From positions 1,010,564 to 1,074,563 of the forward strand of contig NMRA01000012.1 in assembly GCA_002633005.1 (NCBI GenBank): 64,000 bases of DNA, given 5' to 3'. Below the pieces are notes generated by a model, which ran no database searches, was not told the DNA's origin, and saw only the letters and a program-made list of their open reading frames with translations. This document shows positions 13,201 to 24,809 of the stretch, piece by piece. Positions within the stretch are counted from its first letter, which is position 1. Each line of letters starts with the position of its first letter. The DNA comes from Phoronis australis (taxonomy: Eukaryota; Animalia; Phoronida). The position numbers and the translations under genes are program-made.

Positions 13201-16200
13201 CAGTGTTATATACATTCAGGTTACCAAGCAGTGTTATTTAATTCAGGTTACCAAGCAGTGATATGTACATTCAGGTTACCATGCAGTGTTATTTAATTCA
13301 GGTTACCAAGCAGTGTTATATACATTCAGGTTACCAAGCAGTGTAATTTAAGTTGGCATTGGCATTTTTGCTTCAAAGCACTAACTTATGATTTTTGACC
13401 AGTGGTCTTTCGTTCTATACTCAAATTAGAAGTTATTTCTTGGATTAAGAAGAACCAGCAATTGATTGACAGGCTTGTCATTTTATGCACGGAAATATAG
13501 TATGGCTGGAACTAGGCTGGTTCTGTGACTGCATGTTAGATGGAGCTTCTAGTTGTTTGTTTGAGACTAAAAGTGATTTTGATGGGTTTCCTTTTGATAA
13601 TTAATTTTTGCACATGTGGTGCCACATAGAAGAACCCAAATGATATGGTTTTCAGTAATGACTCTGCGTGAAATTTTGAGATTTTGGCACAAAAATCACC
13701 ATCATCAGAGCCATCATGTCAGTGAAGTAATGTGTTGGATAATGTATTTATTGCAGGGGAAAGATAAACTGTATCAAGTCACCGAAGCCTATGATGGAAC
13801 AAGTAGTCATGTGGATGGGCTTTGTGTTAAAGCAGGAGATGTTGTCAAGGTAATGTTTGGTGGTGTTTGGTGTTTTTTACTAATAAAAAGAATTGCCAAC
13901 TAATCTTTGGGCTGTTTTTCATTTCAAATTGTGGCTACTTTTCATCAAATATTCATATTTTGTGTTACTAGTGATCTGCACCTGGGCTAGATGTCATAAA
14001 ACTTCAAAAGTTATCCGCTGGATAAATCTGATTGTTCTGAGATGTCACGTACATTGTTCAACAACTGGTGAGTGAAAATGCGACATCATCATTGCTATCC
14101 AGCGTACAACTTTTGTGCAACCAGGACTAGGACTTCAGTACAACCATGCTACAGTGAAGTTGTGTAGTTATTCTTGATTTTTGATTTTGTTTCAAAACAA
14201 AGTATAATACATTAATCTTGTGCCTTTAATACTGAAGAACTATTGTATCTTGTGTATGGGCTGTGTGTGTTTACGTTTGTCGTTGTCTTAGGTTGAGAAA
14301 CATGATGGAGCGATGAGCTACTGTGTACATTGTCAAAAGAACAAGTCTAGTCCAGCTAAAGGATGGGTGCCACAGACAATACTTACTAAATATAATACAG
14401 GTAAGTGTTCATCTACATCATCATTTCCTGATGAAGCCACGCAATTGTATCGAGGACGGGTGTGCCTCCACTTTGGTCAGAATCGTACTGATGCCAATTG
14501 CTGTGATTTGAGGTTATATTTTAATCAATGTCAGTGAATAGATAATTACACTTCAGACGAATATACTATGTTTATTTTAAAGAGGAGGACATGAATGATA
14601 CCAGTTTTACAAAGTCAGACAAGCGAGGATTAGAGGGCTCTCATTTCAACACAGCGACATCTAGTGGAGTGGTGCATTACCAATCCCAATGCGATAAAAT
14701 CTAACTAGTTCCAGACAAAGCTAATTGACCTATTACAAGCTCCGCTTCTTGCGAAAAGTCGACAAACAAACAAGTTTTACCCAGCAACGTGTTGTTTGTC
14801 GGGTAAAATGGTGGCTTTGAAACAAAGATGTGTAAAAACTGATGCGTTCTGATTGGTCAGTTAAGTCGTCACTCAAAATCCTGGCGATAGGTCAATTGTC
14901 AAACTTGCACTTCTGACTTTGTTGTATTTGCCTATAGTTTTTCCAATTTTTTCAGGTGGTTGTTTTGGTGCAGATGCACAGATTTGATATAACACTATCT
15001 CGTATAAATAAACAAGCAAATGAAATTTCACTTTTCTTACCTATTTCGTCCTAAATTGGTGGTACTGTAACCATTTTTCAGTGGTCAGAAATAGGCCCTT
15101 ATCAATCTAACACTCTAAAAGTTCAGCATGAAAGTTACAGAAATAATGACCCCTAGTGGCAGCAGGTAGGAACTAGTCCCAAAAACTCCTCAGCCTCACA
15201 TTCGTGGTGAAAACTGCCAGGTGCGTGAGGTGAATATGTTTGCTGCATGACATGGTAACGATTACTCTCTTTTTACAAGCCATTATTTTTGAGAAAATAA
15301 TTTCCCTTGAAAAAGAACTCTGTTTTGTAAGAAGAGAAAACTGTTTGTGGGGAACATCTGTGCGGTTCTTGACTCTGATGACATCAAAAACATTATTCGT
15401 CCAATGTAAAACTTGCGTGCAATATAGTTCTGTTATATGTTTACATCGCAACAACACATCTGGTTTCCTGTTCCCTTGGTGATGTGATTGTAAGAATAAC
15501 CTGTAGCAACATTTGGGTCTTGTGACCTTGGTGACCTTTTGCAGATTCCCCACCAGCAACATCCAGTTCTGATATGCCAACAGAACAGTCAATGTGCCAA
15601 GACAATAGCTTACTTACTACATCGACCAATCAGTTGCGCCGTTCATCATGTGACCCTCCATTGGCTCCAATAGCACTCTCTCCACGTCTGCACCAGAGGG
15701 AAGTAGCAATAAAGGTAAATGCTGTTCCAGTCAAAGTTGTCGCACATTCTGGCTTATCTGGCTCACCATTTTGGACAAAAGTGCTCCATTTTATTTCTGT
15801 GAGCTTTTGTCGTCGTTAAAAATGGCTTTGCCTAAATTGTTTCAAAATATTGTCTGGTGGTTGTCTTCGAAAATGGTAAAGCATTAATTTGGTGCTACTT
15901 ATCTTTAATAAAAAATAACATTTGACTTATTTACCTTGTTGGTTAGATTTTGTCTAATTCACTCCAACAGCACTTATCTGCACATCAGTCATTTTAGTCC
16001 TTAATCAGTGGGATAACAGCACTTGGATAGACTTCACTGCCTTGAACAAACGTAACGTTTTGTTCACTTCATAGCATTGACAGACTTACTTACAAGTAAT
16101 TCTCTGATATAACACCCAGTCAAGTTTCACTGGCAGATTTTTTACATTCTCTGTCGTTGTAATTAGGTAATACATGAAGTTTGCATGCTTGTGGTGTGAC

Positions 16201-19200
16201 TGTGTGTCAATCCGATTATTACACATAACAAGTATTTAGGTGTTACGTCGTTGCAGCTGAGTTTTTGTTTCTGTATAAAATGTTTATCATGTTCAATAAA
16301 TAGTAAAAAAATTCTCTTGCTTCTGATGGAAACCACACACCGTGCTTTAGTCCTCTGTTTCATGACATCATGTGTCCACAGGAAGAGACCACTGACACCG
16401 TGCACATTGTGGCTAAATGTGGTTATAATGGTGACGTTCCTGGCACGCTAGCCTTCGGCCCCGGAGACTCCGGTCTCCTACTGGACATCAACCCCCTGGG
16501 CTGGTGGCTGGTCAATTTAAAGGGTCTCGAGGGCTGGGTGCCAGGGGAATATTGGAATGAGATGGAGGTAAACTTGTCTGTTATCCATGCATGAGTACTG
16601 GACATGGCGCCACTGTGCCCAGACTGCTTGTTTCTAATACTCTCCTAGTGGCTCAAGCTGTGTTCATTAAACCTTGTTGCTCTTGTGATCTGTTTACAGT
16701 TCCTTGATTGAAAGTCCTTCGTATGCATGCACGAACTATAGTAGAATCTCTGCTTGTCAGTTATCTTTTTTCAATTTGCTTATTAAATTGAAGACTGATT
16801 GAGTAAATATTTGCTTTATTGTTGCATGATATTGGATTTTTTGTTTCCTTGGGGTTTATGAACCTAGTTAGGGGGTCTAAGAGTCATAGTTCTTTAAAAT
16901 GAAACGGGCTTTTATTATTCATTAGTTGGGTCCTTAAATTATGTAACTAGGAATTGGGCTGTACAACGTGACCGTCCTAACCTGGAACCGTTGCAAATTA
17001 AAGGCTGGGTGCATGTACAGCAATTATGATTCAAAATTAGTCCAAAATTCTCCAGTCCCGTTTCTCCCCTTCATCACCAGCGTAATGCGCCCTGTTCTCT
17101 TTAATTAAAGACTGTTTCCATGGTGTTATTGTTGGACCCTCACTAGCTGTTCTCCACTTCAATGGTAACCAAGACCGGTGGTAGCCATTTTCTGATATAG
17201 CGGCAACATAAAAAATATACTTTGTCACTAGATGGCGGTACAATAACTGGTGGACAGCGTTTAGCGTTCTTGAATGGGCATTTAAAACAGTGGGATTTCC
17301 ATGCATTTTTTATGATTTTTGTGACCATCATGCCATTAAATTATCACTTATGGACGGTAGGGTATTTAAAGGGTTCACACATTAGTGTCTGACATCTTAA
17401 ATTGTCTGTGAACACAGAAAGCAACTGTTTTCTCCTTGCTAATTCTGTTCATATTGCACACCAGAAAGTGAAATTGAATCAAGAAGTCACATTCGTGTTG
17501 TCCCAATATTAAAGAGTTGCATGCTGAAAGTTTAGAATTGCCTAGAGCTGCCTCCTGTTCTGTGCTATGTATTCTTTGTTAAAGAGGCTATGAACCTGCG
17601 GTCTCGTCAAAAACTGAACTTTTGATTTAGACCACTTACTCCTGTAAAATTGATCTTGACATGTTCCTTACTTGGAGCTAGAATTGGTTTCCAGTCTTGA
17701 AAATAGATGACCAACCATTGTTGGTGACCATGCTTGGCACATAAAGTGACATTACCGTAATACATCAACTTGTAGAGTCTTGTCTCAAGCTGTAACAAAC
17801 TAGGAGTCCTCTCTAAACCCTGAAACCACCTCTAATTTGACTGAGCATTTGAGACTAATTTCGTACCAGTAGGTGGTCTCAATCAAATTTTTTTAGAAAT
17901 GGAAGACTGGCTTAGAGCACTTTTACTGTATGTCTTGTTGTGCATGGTACTAACCTAAACAGGAAGTGAATAGTGGAAACCAATTACTGGTAACAACTCC
18001 TGTTTGGGATTTTGAAAATTTTTCCTTAAACTGCAATGTACCTTCATGAATAGAAAGATTGCAGTGACATTGTAGATATTCTAGAAATTTTACTCAAACT
18101 TGAAAGCCTCCATTAAGAGCAAAGCACGAAGTGTCTTATGTCTTCTGTTTTAAGTCTGTCACTTAAATAGCTTTACAGTATACAATCTAAAATGCATGAA
18201 TTTTAAGACTTCGTTTCTAGTCTGTCTAGTAGAACTTTAACTTAGCTTAATTTGGTCAATACATACATGCTTTTTCATAGGTTTTCTGTGTTTAGATTCA
18301 TCTGGTCTTGGGTAGTATTAGTCGTTAAAGTACCAATGACTACTGTTTGACCAACTATGTAGATATAGGCGGCTTTCTTGCAAGTGGCTTCTTGTCACAT
18401 TTATTTATTTTTATACGTAAACAATCATTAATGTGTGTATTTGTGTTTAGGAATGAATTAATAAATTATCTGTCTCTTTGTCTATCAGCGACCAAAAGCT
18501 AAAGTGGATAAGGATAAAGAGCCTTCAAAGTTAGAAGATGTCACCAGCCAGCCATGGTACTTTGGGGATATTTGCCGGCTGGAGTGCGAGTCATTGCTAC
18601 TGCAACAGAATGAGAACACTGCTTATCTAGTGAGAGAAAGTAGGAATAGGGTGAGTGAAGGTGGTGCTGTTATGGTTATTTGACAGTTTTGTGAAGCTTT
18701 GTTGTTTACTATAAACTTTAAGGTTGAGAATTTTGAGATGTGTTTCGCAAAAATTATAATTGTTTACTGGACTTACTTGTAATTTTCCCATGGCAAGCTA
18801 CTATTTGTCGATCACTGTCGACTTTTTCAAGCTTATGTGACACCTGGTGGTGGGTGTCACTCTTGAGGAAAGCGGTGGAAAACTTCTGCGACACCCATCA
18901 TCAGGTATCACAGAGGCTTGAAAGAGTCTGCAGTTACCAATGAATTGTTGCTTGCATTTCTCGAGCAAGTCCAGTAAATAATCATGATTTTTCGGACTCC
19001 TATTTCAATGCCAAAGAGTGATAACCTCCATCAATATAATATAATAAGTTAATGATGGTTTAACAAGAAGACTATGGATGCCCTATTTCAGACGCGTATG
19101 CACAAAAGTAAGAACTTGGATTGTTAACTTACCCTTCGTCATAACTTGAATTATAATGAAAGTGGAACATACCTGATGTGTCACAATAATAACAATTGTG

Positions 19201-20155
19201 CACTCTGTCTCGCATAACATGCCATTTACAGTGTATTTCACTGGTGAACATGCCATTTACAGTGTATTTCACTGGTGAACATGCCATTTACAGTGTATTT
19301 CACTGGTGAACCTGTCATTTCAATTACTGATTTTCTGATTGCTGACAATGATGAGAACAGGCTTTCTAGTTTCAGCAAATATACACTTTCATTGACAAGA
19401 GTTAAAACCTGTAGTTTTTAGATATTTGGCTAAATTCGCCGACTTTTCTGTAAGGCTCTACATATCCATAATTGACCTGTTCATCAGCATACATGATGTC
19501 GAGTACAAGGAGCACTCAATACACCAGAATGACATGAAAACCTGACGTCATTTGGTATTCTTCCTAAAGAAATAGTGTTTGGAATGTTACATCAACTCTG
19601 TCAACTTGTGGTTAAACTCATTTGAACTTTAAACTTTAACAGTTGTCTTTGTTTTGTAGCATTTCAACATTATCAGTAACGTAGAAAATGAATCCGAAAC
19701 TAAAAGAGGCGATCCAGATCCCCTAAAGGATACACTTGTTTGTCGAAAAGTACAATTATTTACGTAACATTATCAGTAACCTCTAGTTATGGATATAATA
19801 CTGTACACATTTGCTTGCATGTTTTTTATTATTCCTTTGATTCGTGTACGGCTCAGATAATAACATTAAATTGCACGAGACTCGTATTGTTTTTGACATT
19901 CTGTTTGCTCCACTGTTCATTTGTGCTTTTGTTTGCCTTCAGGTTGGTGATTTCACGCTCTCTGTTGCTTACGAGAACAGAGTGAGACATTTTCCAATCC
20001 GAACCACGGAATCGGGCAAGTTTTTCATCGGCAATCATCACTACGGCAGTCTTACTGAAGTTGTACAGTATTATCAGACACACACTCTTTTCCACAGTGA
20101 ATCAGGAAGTGCCGTCATGCTCGGACAACCTGTCAGAAAACAGAAGGGGGCTTAG
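3387..20155 (+). CDS. Multi-exon PX(C-term)-SH3x4-SH2 adaptor/scaffold, SH3PXD2 (Tks4/5)/p47phox-like with C-terminal Nck-like SH2; 5' end lies upstream of window
   Basis: Phase-consistent GT-AG exons: 3387-3470, 3865-3981, 5609-6024, 6444-6554, 9326-9443, 10153-10287, 11606-11776, 12723-12936, 13757-13849, 14292-14400, 15545-15714, 16382-16567, 18489-18650, 19943-20155 (TAG); about 765 codons without internal stop. SH3-1 YAAISTFSSRKSNEVDLVEGATVHVLEKNIS|GWWFVSVEGSDTQGWAPGAFL; SH3-2 CKAVCDYTAQSSDEVSLKCGESVDVLSTSLDGWWRVR|CCGEVGFSP; SH3-3 YQVTEAYDG..VKAGDVVK|VEK..GWVPQTIL; SH3-4 LAFGPGD..GWWLVNLKGLEGWVPGEY; SH2 PWYFGDICRLECESLL..YLVRES|VGDFTLSV..VRHFPI..LTEVVQYY. First exon HAVVAFFDKWDSD resembles the last helix of PX domains (weaker evidence; the first two exons are less certain than the rest). 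Confidence 0.88.
6710..8037. mobile_element. Non-autonomous THAP-containing Kolobok-like DNA transposon with about 310-bp terminal inverted repeats
   Basis: TTAA at 6706-6709 and 8038-8041; termini AGGCGAAGGCAACC / GGTTGCCTTCGCCT; inverted arms about 6710-7022 and 7732-8037; internal degraded minus-strand transposase fragments. Confidence 0.85.
7023..7779 (-). pseudogene. Degraded N-terminal part of a THAP-domain transposase
   Basis: 7570-7779 PHCCCVPGCTH..RRFPKDDTLRRTWL is the THAP signature (CxxxxC, FP, W); frameshifted downstream pieces DKFIVD.. / ELFGRCQVCG..GAQITLQWECVAGHSGKWDS form a Cys/His zinc-binding block; start codon mutated to GTG; no DDE core present. Confidence 0.75.
8295..8755. 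repeat. Degenerate minisatellite (about 40-45 bp unit)
   Basis: Recurring TTATCTAGGGCTTC..GATGGATGAGCCAAGGAAAGTTGTAC variants. Confidence 0.65.
8784..9122. mobile_element. Second diverged copy of the same MITE family
   Basis: Starts GGTCTGTTTTATAAAAAGTGAC..GACTTAAGAC; shares TTTGGTC-TGCTT-ACTTC-CAATT and ends TCATGAAACA with 8042-8270. Confidence 0.55.
9441..9561 (+). repeat. 16-bp minisatellite overlapping a splice donor
   Basis: 7 x CAGGTAGGGTCACACG (few variants) followed by CAGGTAATG; the first unit spans the exon end at 9443. Confidence 0.95.
12203..12382. repeat. Degenerate about 55-bp tandem repeat, 3-4 copies
   Basis: Recurring CATTTCA(G/C)CT(A/G)GCA(T/C)CTGGTGATGCT. Confidence 0.6.
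13076..13350. repeat. 26-28 bp minisatellite, about 10 copies
   Basis: TTCAGGTTACCAAGCAGTGTTATTTAA alternating with ..GTGATA(C/T)TTACA variants. Confidence 0.92.
18753..18990. mobile_element. Degenerate palindromic MITE-like element
   Basis: Arms TTGTTTACTGGACTT..TTCAAGC..TGTGACACCTGGTGGTGGGTGTC versus GACACCCATCATCAGGTATCACA..GCTTGAAA..AAGTCCAGTAAATAA. Confidence 0.7.
19217..19311. repeat. About 30-bp perfect tandem repeat x3
   Basis: AACATGCCATTTACAGTGTATTTCACTGGTG three times. Confidence 0.9.
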
Positions 20156-22756
20156 GTCATAAGGAAATTCAAATTAGTGAATGTAGTATGAAGTAGTATA
20201 AGAATTTATTCACAAAAACACCTCCCACTACAGAAAGTGTTGTGCACTTTCTCTGGCCAGTTTCATTGCCACTTTGAAGTAAAAATCCTAAGTTGAAAAA
20301 TATCTTCATTCTTATACCCGTGTATACACTGGCTGAAACCCTAGTGTTTTTCTATCATTTTTGCTTGCAGCAAAATCCCAGTGATGTGAACAGTTGCTGA
20401 GGTCACGTTCTGTAGATCTGTGCTGACAGTTTGAATTAACTCAATGCTACTTACATTTTTGCCGATGCTTTTGTAACTATACTCACTTCAAAGAACACAC
20501 ACGTGCATCAAAAGGTTCTTTTGTTAACCATTTTGTCTATGGCAACAAGTGAACTGGCTTAAACATGAACTCCTCCTATGAATGCAATCTGCGAGGTGGG
20601 AAACAATCTACATTGAAAAATCTCCAGATTGAGACAGAATAAAATTAGTTATTTTTGCTCAAGCTAGGAGCTCGTACTAAATTTTAGAAATAATAGTCAA
20701 TATTGGCTTCCAAATTATGAGAAAGACAGCAAAACTCCTCGCTCTATGGTTTCAGCTACACATGATACAAATTTGGGGTTGTAGCGAAAGAATGTACGAC
20801 AGGTAAACAAACAACCATTCACCTCGACATTACACTGGATACGCATGAAAACGTGTTGGCAAATATTTTTGAAGATTTTATGAACTGCCAAGTCTATTTT
20901 GTGACTTTGTTGATACAAAACGCAGTGACCAATATTTGAGAAGTATGACGAATGCCTGAATTGCTCTACTTTCAATCCTCAGAATCAAGAAAATTTAATT
21001 CCTGTCTGCATTTCGCTGTCCAACTTTAAAGACTGTTCAAATTGAAGAATTTTTACCATAACTTTGTGCCTTAACATCACCCTATCTATGTAAAATGTTT
21101 GTGTTTTCGCCACTGTAGAATTGCCAACGTTTTCACCACTGATGTGAACCTAGTATTATAGGCATTGCATTTTCATGGTGGGCTGTTGCCATAAAGTGTG
21201 CTTGATATATTTCAGTCAAGTGTGGGGAGAGAGTCACTTTTAAAATAAAGGTGCTGTACGTTTTCTTCAAATCGTTCTTGTAAATATTAGTTGTTACATC
21301 ATGCGTGCAATTTATATTCAGAGTAAGAGAAAAACATTACTGCAATGACTTACGGAGGTTTGGCACAGTTTTGATTTGTTTTTGAAATTTTTATAAGTTT
21401 ACATATTTTGTATTTTTGTCTGCCTGTTACTGATGTACAAAAAACATGTGATCAGCAAATAAGTTTTTTGTTGCAGTCACCGAAATAAAAGTACCACTGG
21501 CAAAATGGGATATTTACATGGGTTACTGAAAGGACACCTCAAGTGATTTAAGTCCCTTTGAAAATGAAATACTTTTGTTGTGCAATTTCAATTTCTTGCT
21601 GTAACAGCTTTAACTGTAATTTTGAGCTGTTTTACCCCTAAAAGTGTCTCAAGAAAGCATGTAAATTTCAAGGCCACTATTGCCCTGCTCAATTTTGGAT
21701 TACATTATTTGTTGGTGTGAATGAACCATAAGGGGAGTGTCTTCTTTGCCTTTTTATCACAAATTTAATTAATATTGTCCACACTTGTATTTAGCGTGTT
21801 CTCATAGTTCATACAAGATCATCACACTGTTATTAAATGCTTTACTAACAAAAGTAATAACTTTTAAATAACTAATATGTTATTGGAAATCCAAAATATA
21901 TTCAAATGTTTTATAAATAAGTTAACAAGTACTACTTCATGGTAAGCTGTGCCGAACCCCCTTAAACAATTTTTCAAATTTGGTCTCTTCAATTTGAACC
22001 CACATTGTTTCTAACTGCTAAATGTATGTACCAGTTGCAATAACAATGTGGATCCTGTTGCACACTGCTTGTATAATGAGAAAATCTCTTTTGTCACAGT
22101 TAATTGATATTTTTTGATATTAAAATATCTCAGTACTCATTGTTTTGTCCTGTCTAGATTATAGTTCTACTTATGTAAATTTTATATTTTCAAGGTACTC
22201 ATATAGACAAGTAAACCTTACTTTAATTTGTTATTTTGTATTATCATTTTGTTGTATTGTATACCTGATTTCTTTCTGGTTTCCCTTGAAGATATCATAC
22301 CTTCAGAAATAAGTTGGTGATTAGACATAGATAAGAATATTTTGAACATTTTAGGGCACCTTGTATGTCTGAATCTTGTCGGTAGGACTGCTTGTAAAAT
22401 TCATCCAGTCTTTAACAGATTTCACTGTGTGAATGGTCATTTAGCTGGTAAGTGTTATTTGGTACTTTTCTGTACAGCATACAAAATTTAAGGGTTAGAT
22501 TTATTTTGGAAAAGTACAGATATAGTCCTACTATCTTAAAATTCCGATTTCATTTACAAATGTTACTCATTGTGTTTAGTTATTGTTAATCGTGTTTTGC
22601 TAGAGATTATCAATGCATTAAGAATTGTTTATAAATGGCATTCCTATTTGTTATAAACTGTAATTTGAACCTATTACCTTGAATACATGAAATAAACCTA
22701 TTTATACCACAATATTAGCGTCAAATGGCAGATACAATAACCGTTTTGGCGGGTAA

Positions 22757-22826
22757 CCGAGTACGCAGTCGAACCCGGGACTCTGGAATTGCTGGTCGCC
22801 GACTTTAACCATAGACCACTACACCA
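22757..22826 (-). mobile_element. tRNA-derived SINE head / tRNA-like relic
   Basis: Reverse complement GGTGTAGTGGTCTATGGTTAAAGTCGGCGACCAGCAATTCCAGAGTCCCGGGTTCGACTGCG has A-box-like and B-box (GGTTCGA) motifs at tRNA spacing but no intact cloverleaf. Confidence 0.55.
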
Positions 22827-23364
22827 CGTCATGAAGTGTGAAAATAGAATACTTAAATGAGCACGCGCAATAATCGCACGTTCAACAAACCGCATTGTAC
22901 TGTACTTATACGCTCCGAAAAATAAGACACATAATTTCCATAAAAATGATATCTTAATTCAGTGAAATTTTTCTCTCATGTCCTCTTACTTGTAAATCAC
23001 CGATCTCCAGTTTGAATGCGGGTATCGTGTCGTCAGGATCTTTGACTTGAGAATTATATTCAGTTACCAGTGGTAACCTACTTTAGCAGACGATAATTTC
23101 CCGGTCGAAGCCTAGTGTGTAAAAAACGTGTTTTAAGCTATAATACTTGCTTAACCTTAATTTAGAGATTCACTTCATTTCTATGTTGTTTAAATTTCCA
23201 ATTGGTTTTGAGTAAAAGTATTATTTGACAAAAATAGCTCGGCTTTTCTTAAAAGGTCACGACCTCCGACCCCGGGCCTCTGACATAGAAAGTAGTTACA
23301 AAGCCGAGGCGAGTCGAGAAAGGTAGATCGATTCATTGCAATGTTTCTCGTTTAGTATGTGGTA

Positions 23365-23535
23365 TAAATAGATTATTGCATGTTCTCAGTCGTTATCCCC
23401 CTTATCTAGAGCCCTCGTGGATTTTGGAGAATTATCACCCTCGGGGCTAACGCCCCTCGGGCGATAATTCTCCAAAATCCACTCGGGCTCTAGATAACGG
23501 GGGATAACGACTTCGCCATGTAATAATCTATATTT
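23365..23535. mobile_element. Near-perfect palindrome (hairpin MITE)
   Basis: GTCGTTATCCCCCTTATCTAGAGCCC..GTGGATTTTGGAGAATTATCACCC mirrored by GGGCGATAATTCTCCAAAATCCAC..GGGCTCTAGATAACGGGGGATAACGAC, with outer ATAGATTATT/TAATAATCTAT. Confidence 0.85.
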
Positions 23536-23540
23536 ATTTA

Positions 23541-24809
23541 TTATGCGTCCACATATTTATATGTGGTCGCATTAAGCCGTCATCTTCGTCCGTCTGGCGT
23601 CCGCTGCTCTATCTCCAAAACCCTTTGACATAAGTTCATGAAATTTGGCACATATGTTCCGTTCATGAATGGGACGGCATGAGCGAACTTTCGAAGGGAT
23701 CCGTCTACCGGTGTGCCCCCTAGTGGCAATTTTAGTTTTTTACGCTTACCTTTATATCTTCAAAAGTCCTGAACGGATTTTTATGAAATTTGGTATGTTG
23801 GCACCTATTAGTGAGATGATGCTATCCTCCCGTTTTCGGATGGATTCGATGTAGTTTGCGCCACCTAGTGGCCATTTTTACTGTTTTCAAGTCTGTTTTT
23901 TGCGTCCAACCCCTCTATCAACTAAACCGCTCAAAGGATGATTGTGAAAATTGGCATGTATGTGCTTACTAATAAAGAGGACGGTCGACGATGATTTTCC
24001 GACGATTTCGACTAATGTGGCGCCTCCTAGTGGCAGTTTTGTTTTTGTTGCGCCTGTGGCTGTATCTCCTAAACCGTTCGCAGGATCTTTACTTAATTTA
24101 GCAAGTGTATTTAGGTGATGTTGACTACGGATGATGACGACTTTCAGACAGATCTGACTACTGCTGTGTCCCCTAGTGGCAATTTTAGTTTTTTACGTTT
24201 AACTCAGTATCTTCAAAGGTCCTCAACAAATTTTCATAAAATTTTAAATATAGGCATCTATTGGGTGTGATGATGCTATCTGCCTGTTTTTGGATGGAAT
24301 CGAGGTATTTTGCACCACCTAGTGGCCACTTTTGCTGTTTTCAAATCTTGTTTTTGGTGTCCATCCCTGTATCAACCAAATCACTTGAAAATTGGCAAAA
24401 ATGTTCTCAGTGTGAAGACGACCTTTGATGATGGTGACTGATTACTGTGGCGCCTCCTAGTGGTAGTTTTGTTTTGCGCCCACAGTTGTATCTCTTAAAC
24501 CCACTGCTGGATCTTTACTAAATTTAGTAAGTGTATTTATATGAAGATAACAACAGACGACGACCACTTTCAGGCGGATCCAACGGACACTGTGCCCACT
24601 AGTGCCAATTTCATTTTATTCTGTTTTCCTTTGTTTCTCTGAAGTTCCTTGACAAATTTTTATGAAATATGGCATGTTCCTGTTTTTGGATGGATTGTAT
24701 GTTTTTGTGCCATCTAGTTTCCATTTTTATGATACAAATAAATAACCCTAAAAGCACACCATTTGCAATGCATTCGTGGGCGCATTTCAACGCTCCGCGT
24801 TGCTCTTGT
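23541..24809 (+). mobile_element. Helentron-associated (HINE/DINE-1-like) non-autonomous rolling-circle element with internal tandem repeats
   Basis: 5' subTIR ATGCGTCCAC with nearby inverted GTGGTCGCAT; CGTC microsatellite; ATGAAATTTGG motifs; about 150-bp internal repeats; 3' subTIR GTGGGCGCAT (24776-24785) followed by stem-loop CAACGC-TCC-GCGTTG and CTCTTGT. Confidence 0.8.

Noticed and set aside
3387-20155. Calling gene 1 Nck/Dock
   Set aside because: Nck is about 380-410 aa with three SH3 at the N-terminus; here there are four SH3, long linkers and Tks-like SH3-1/2.
22757-22826. Functional tRNA gene
   Set aside because: A/B-box-like motifs only; acceptor and anticodon stems do not pair.
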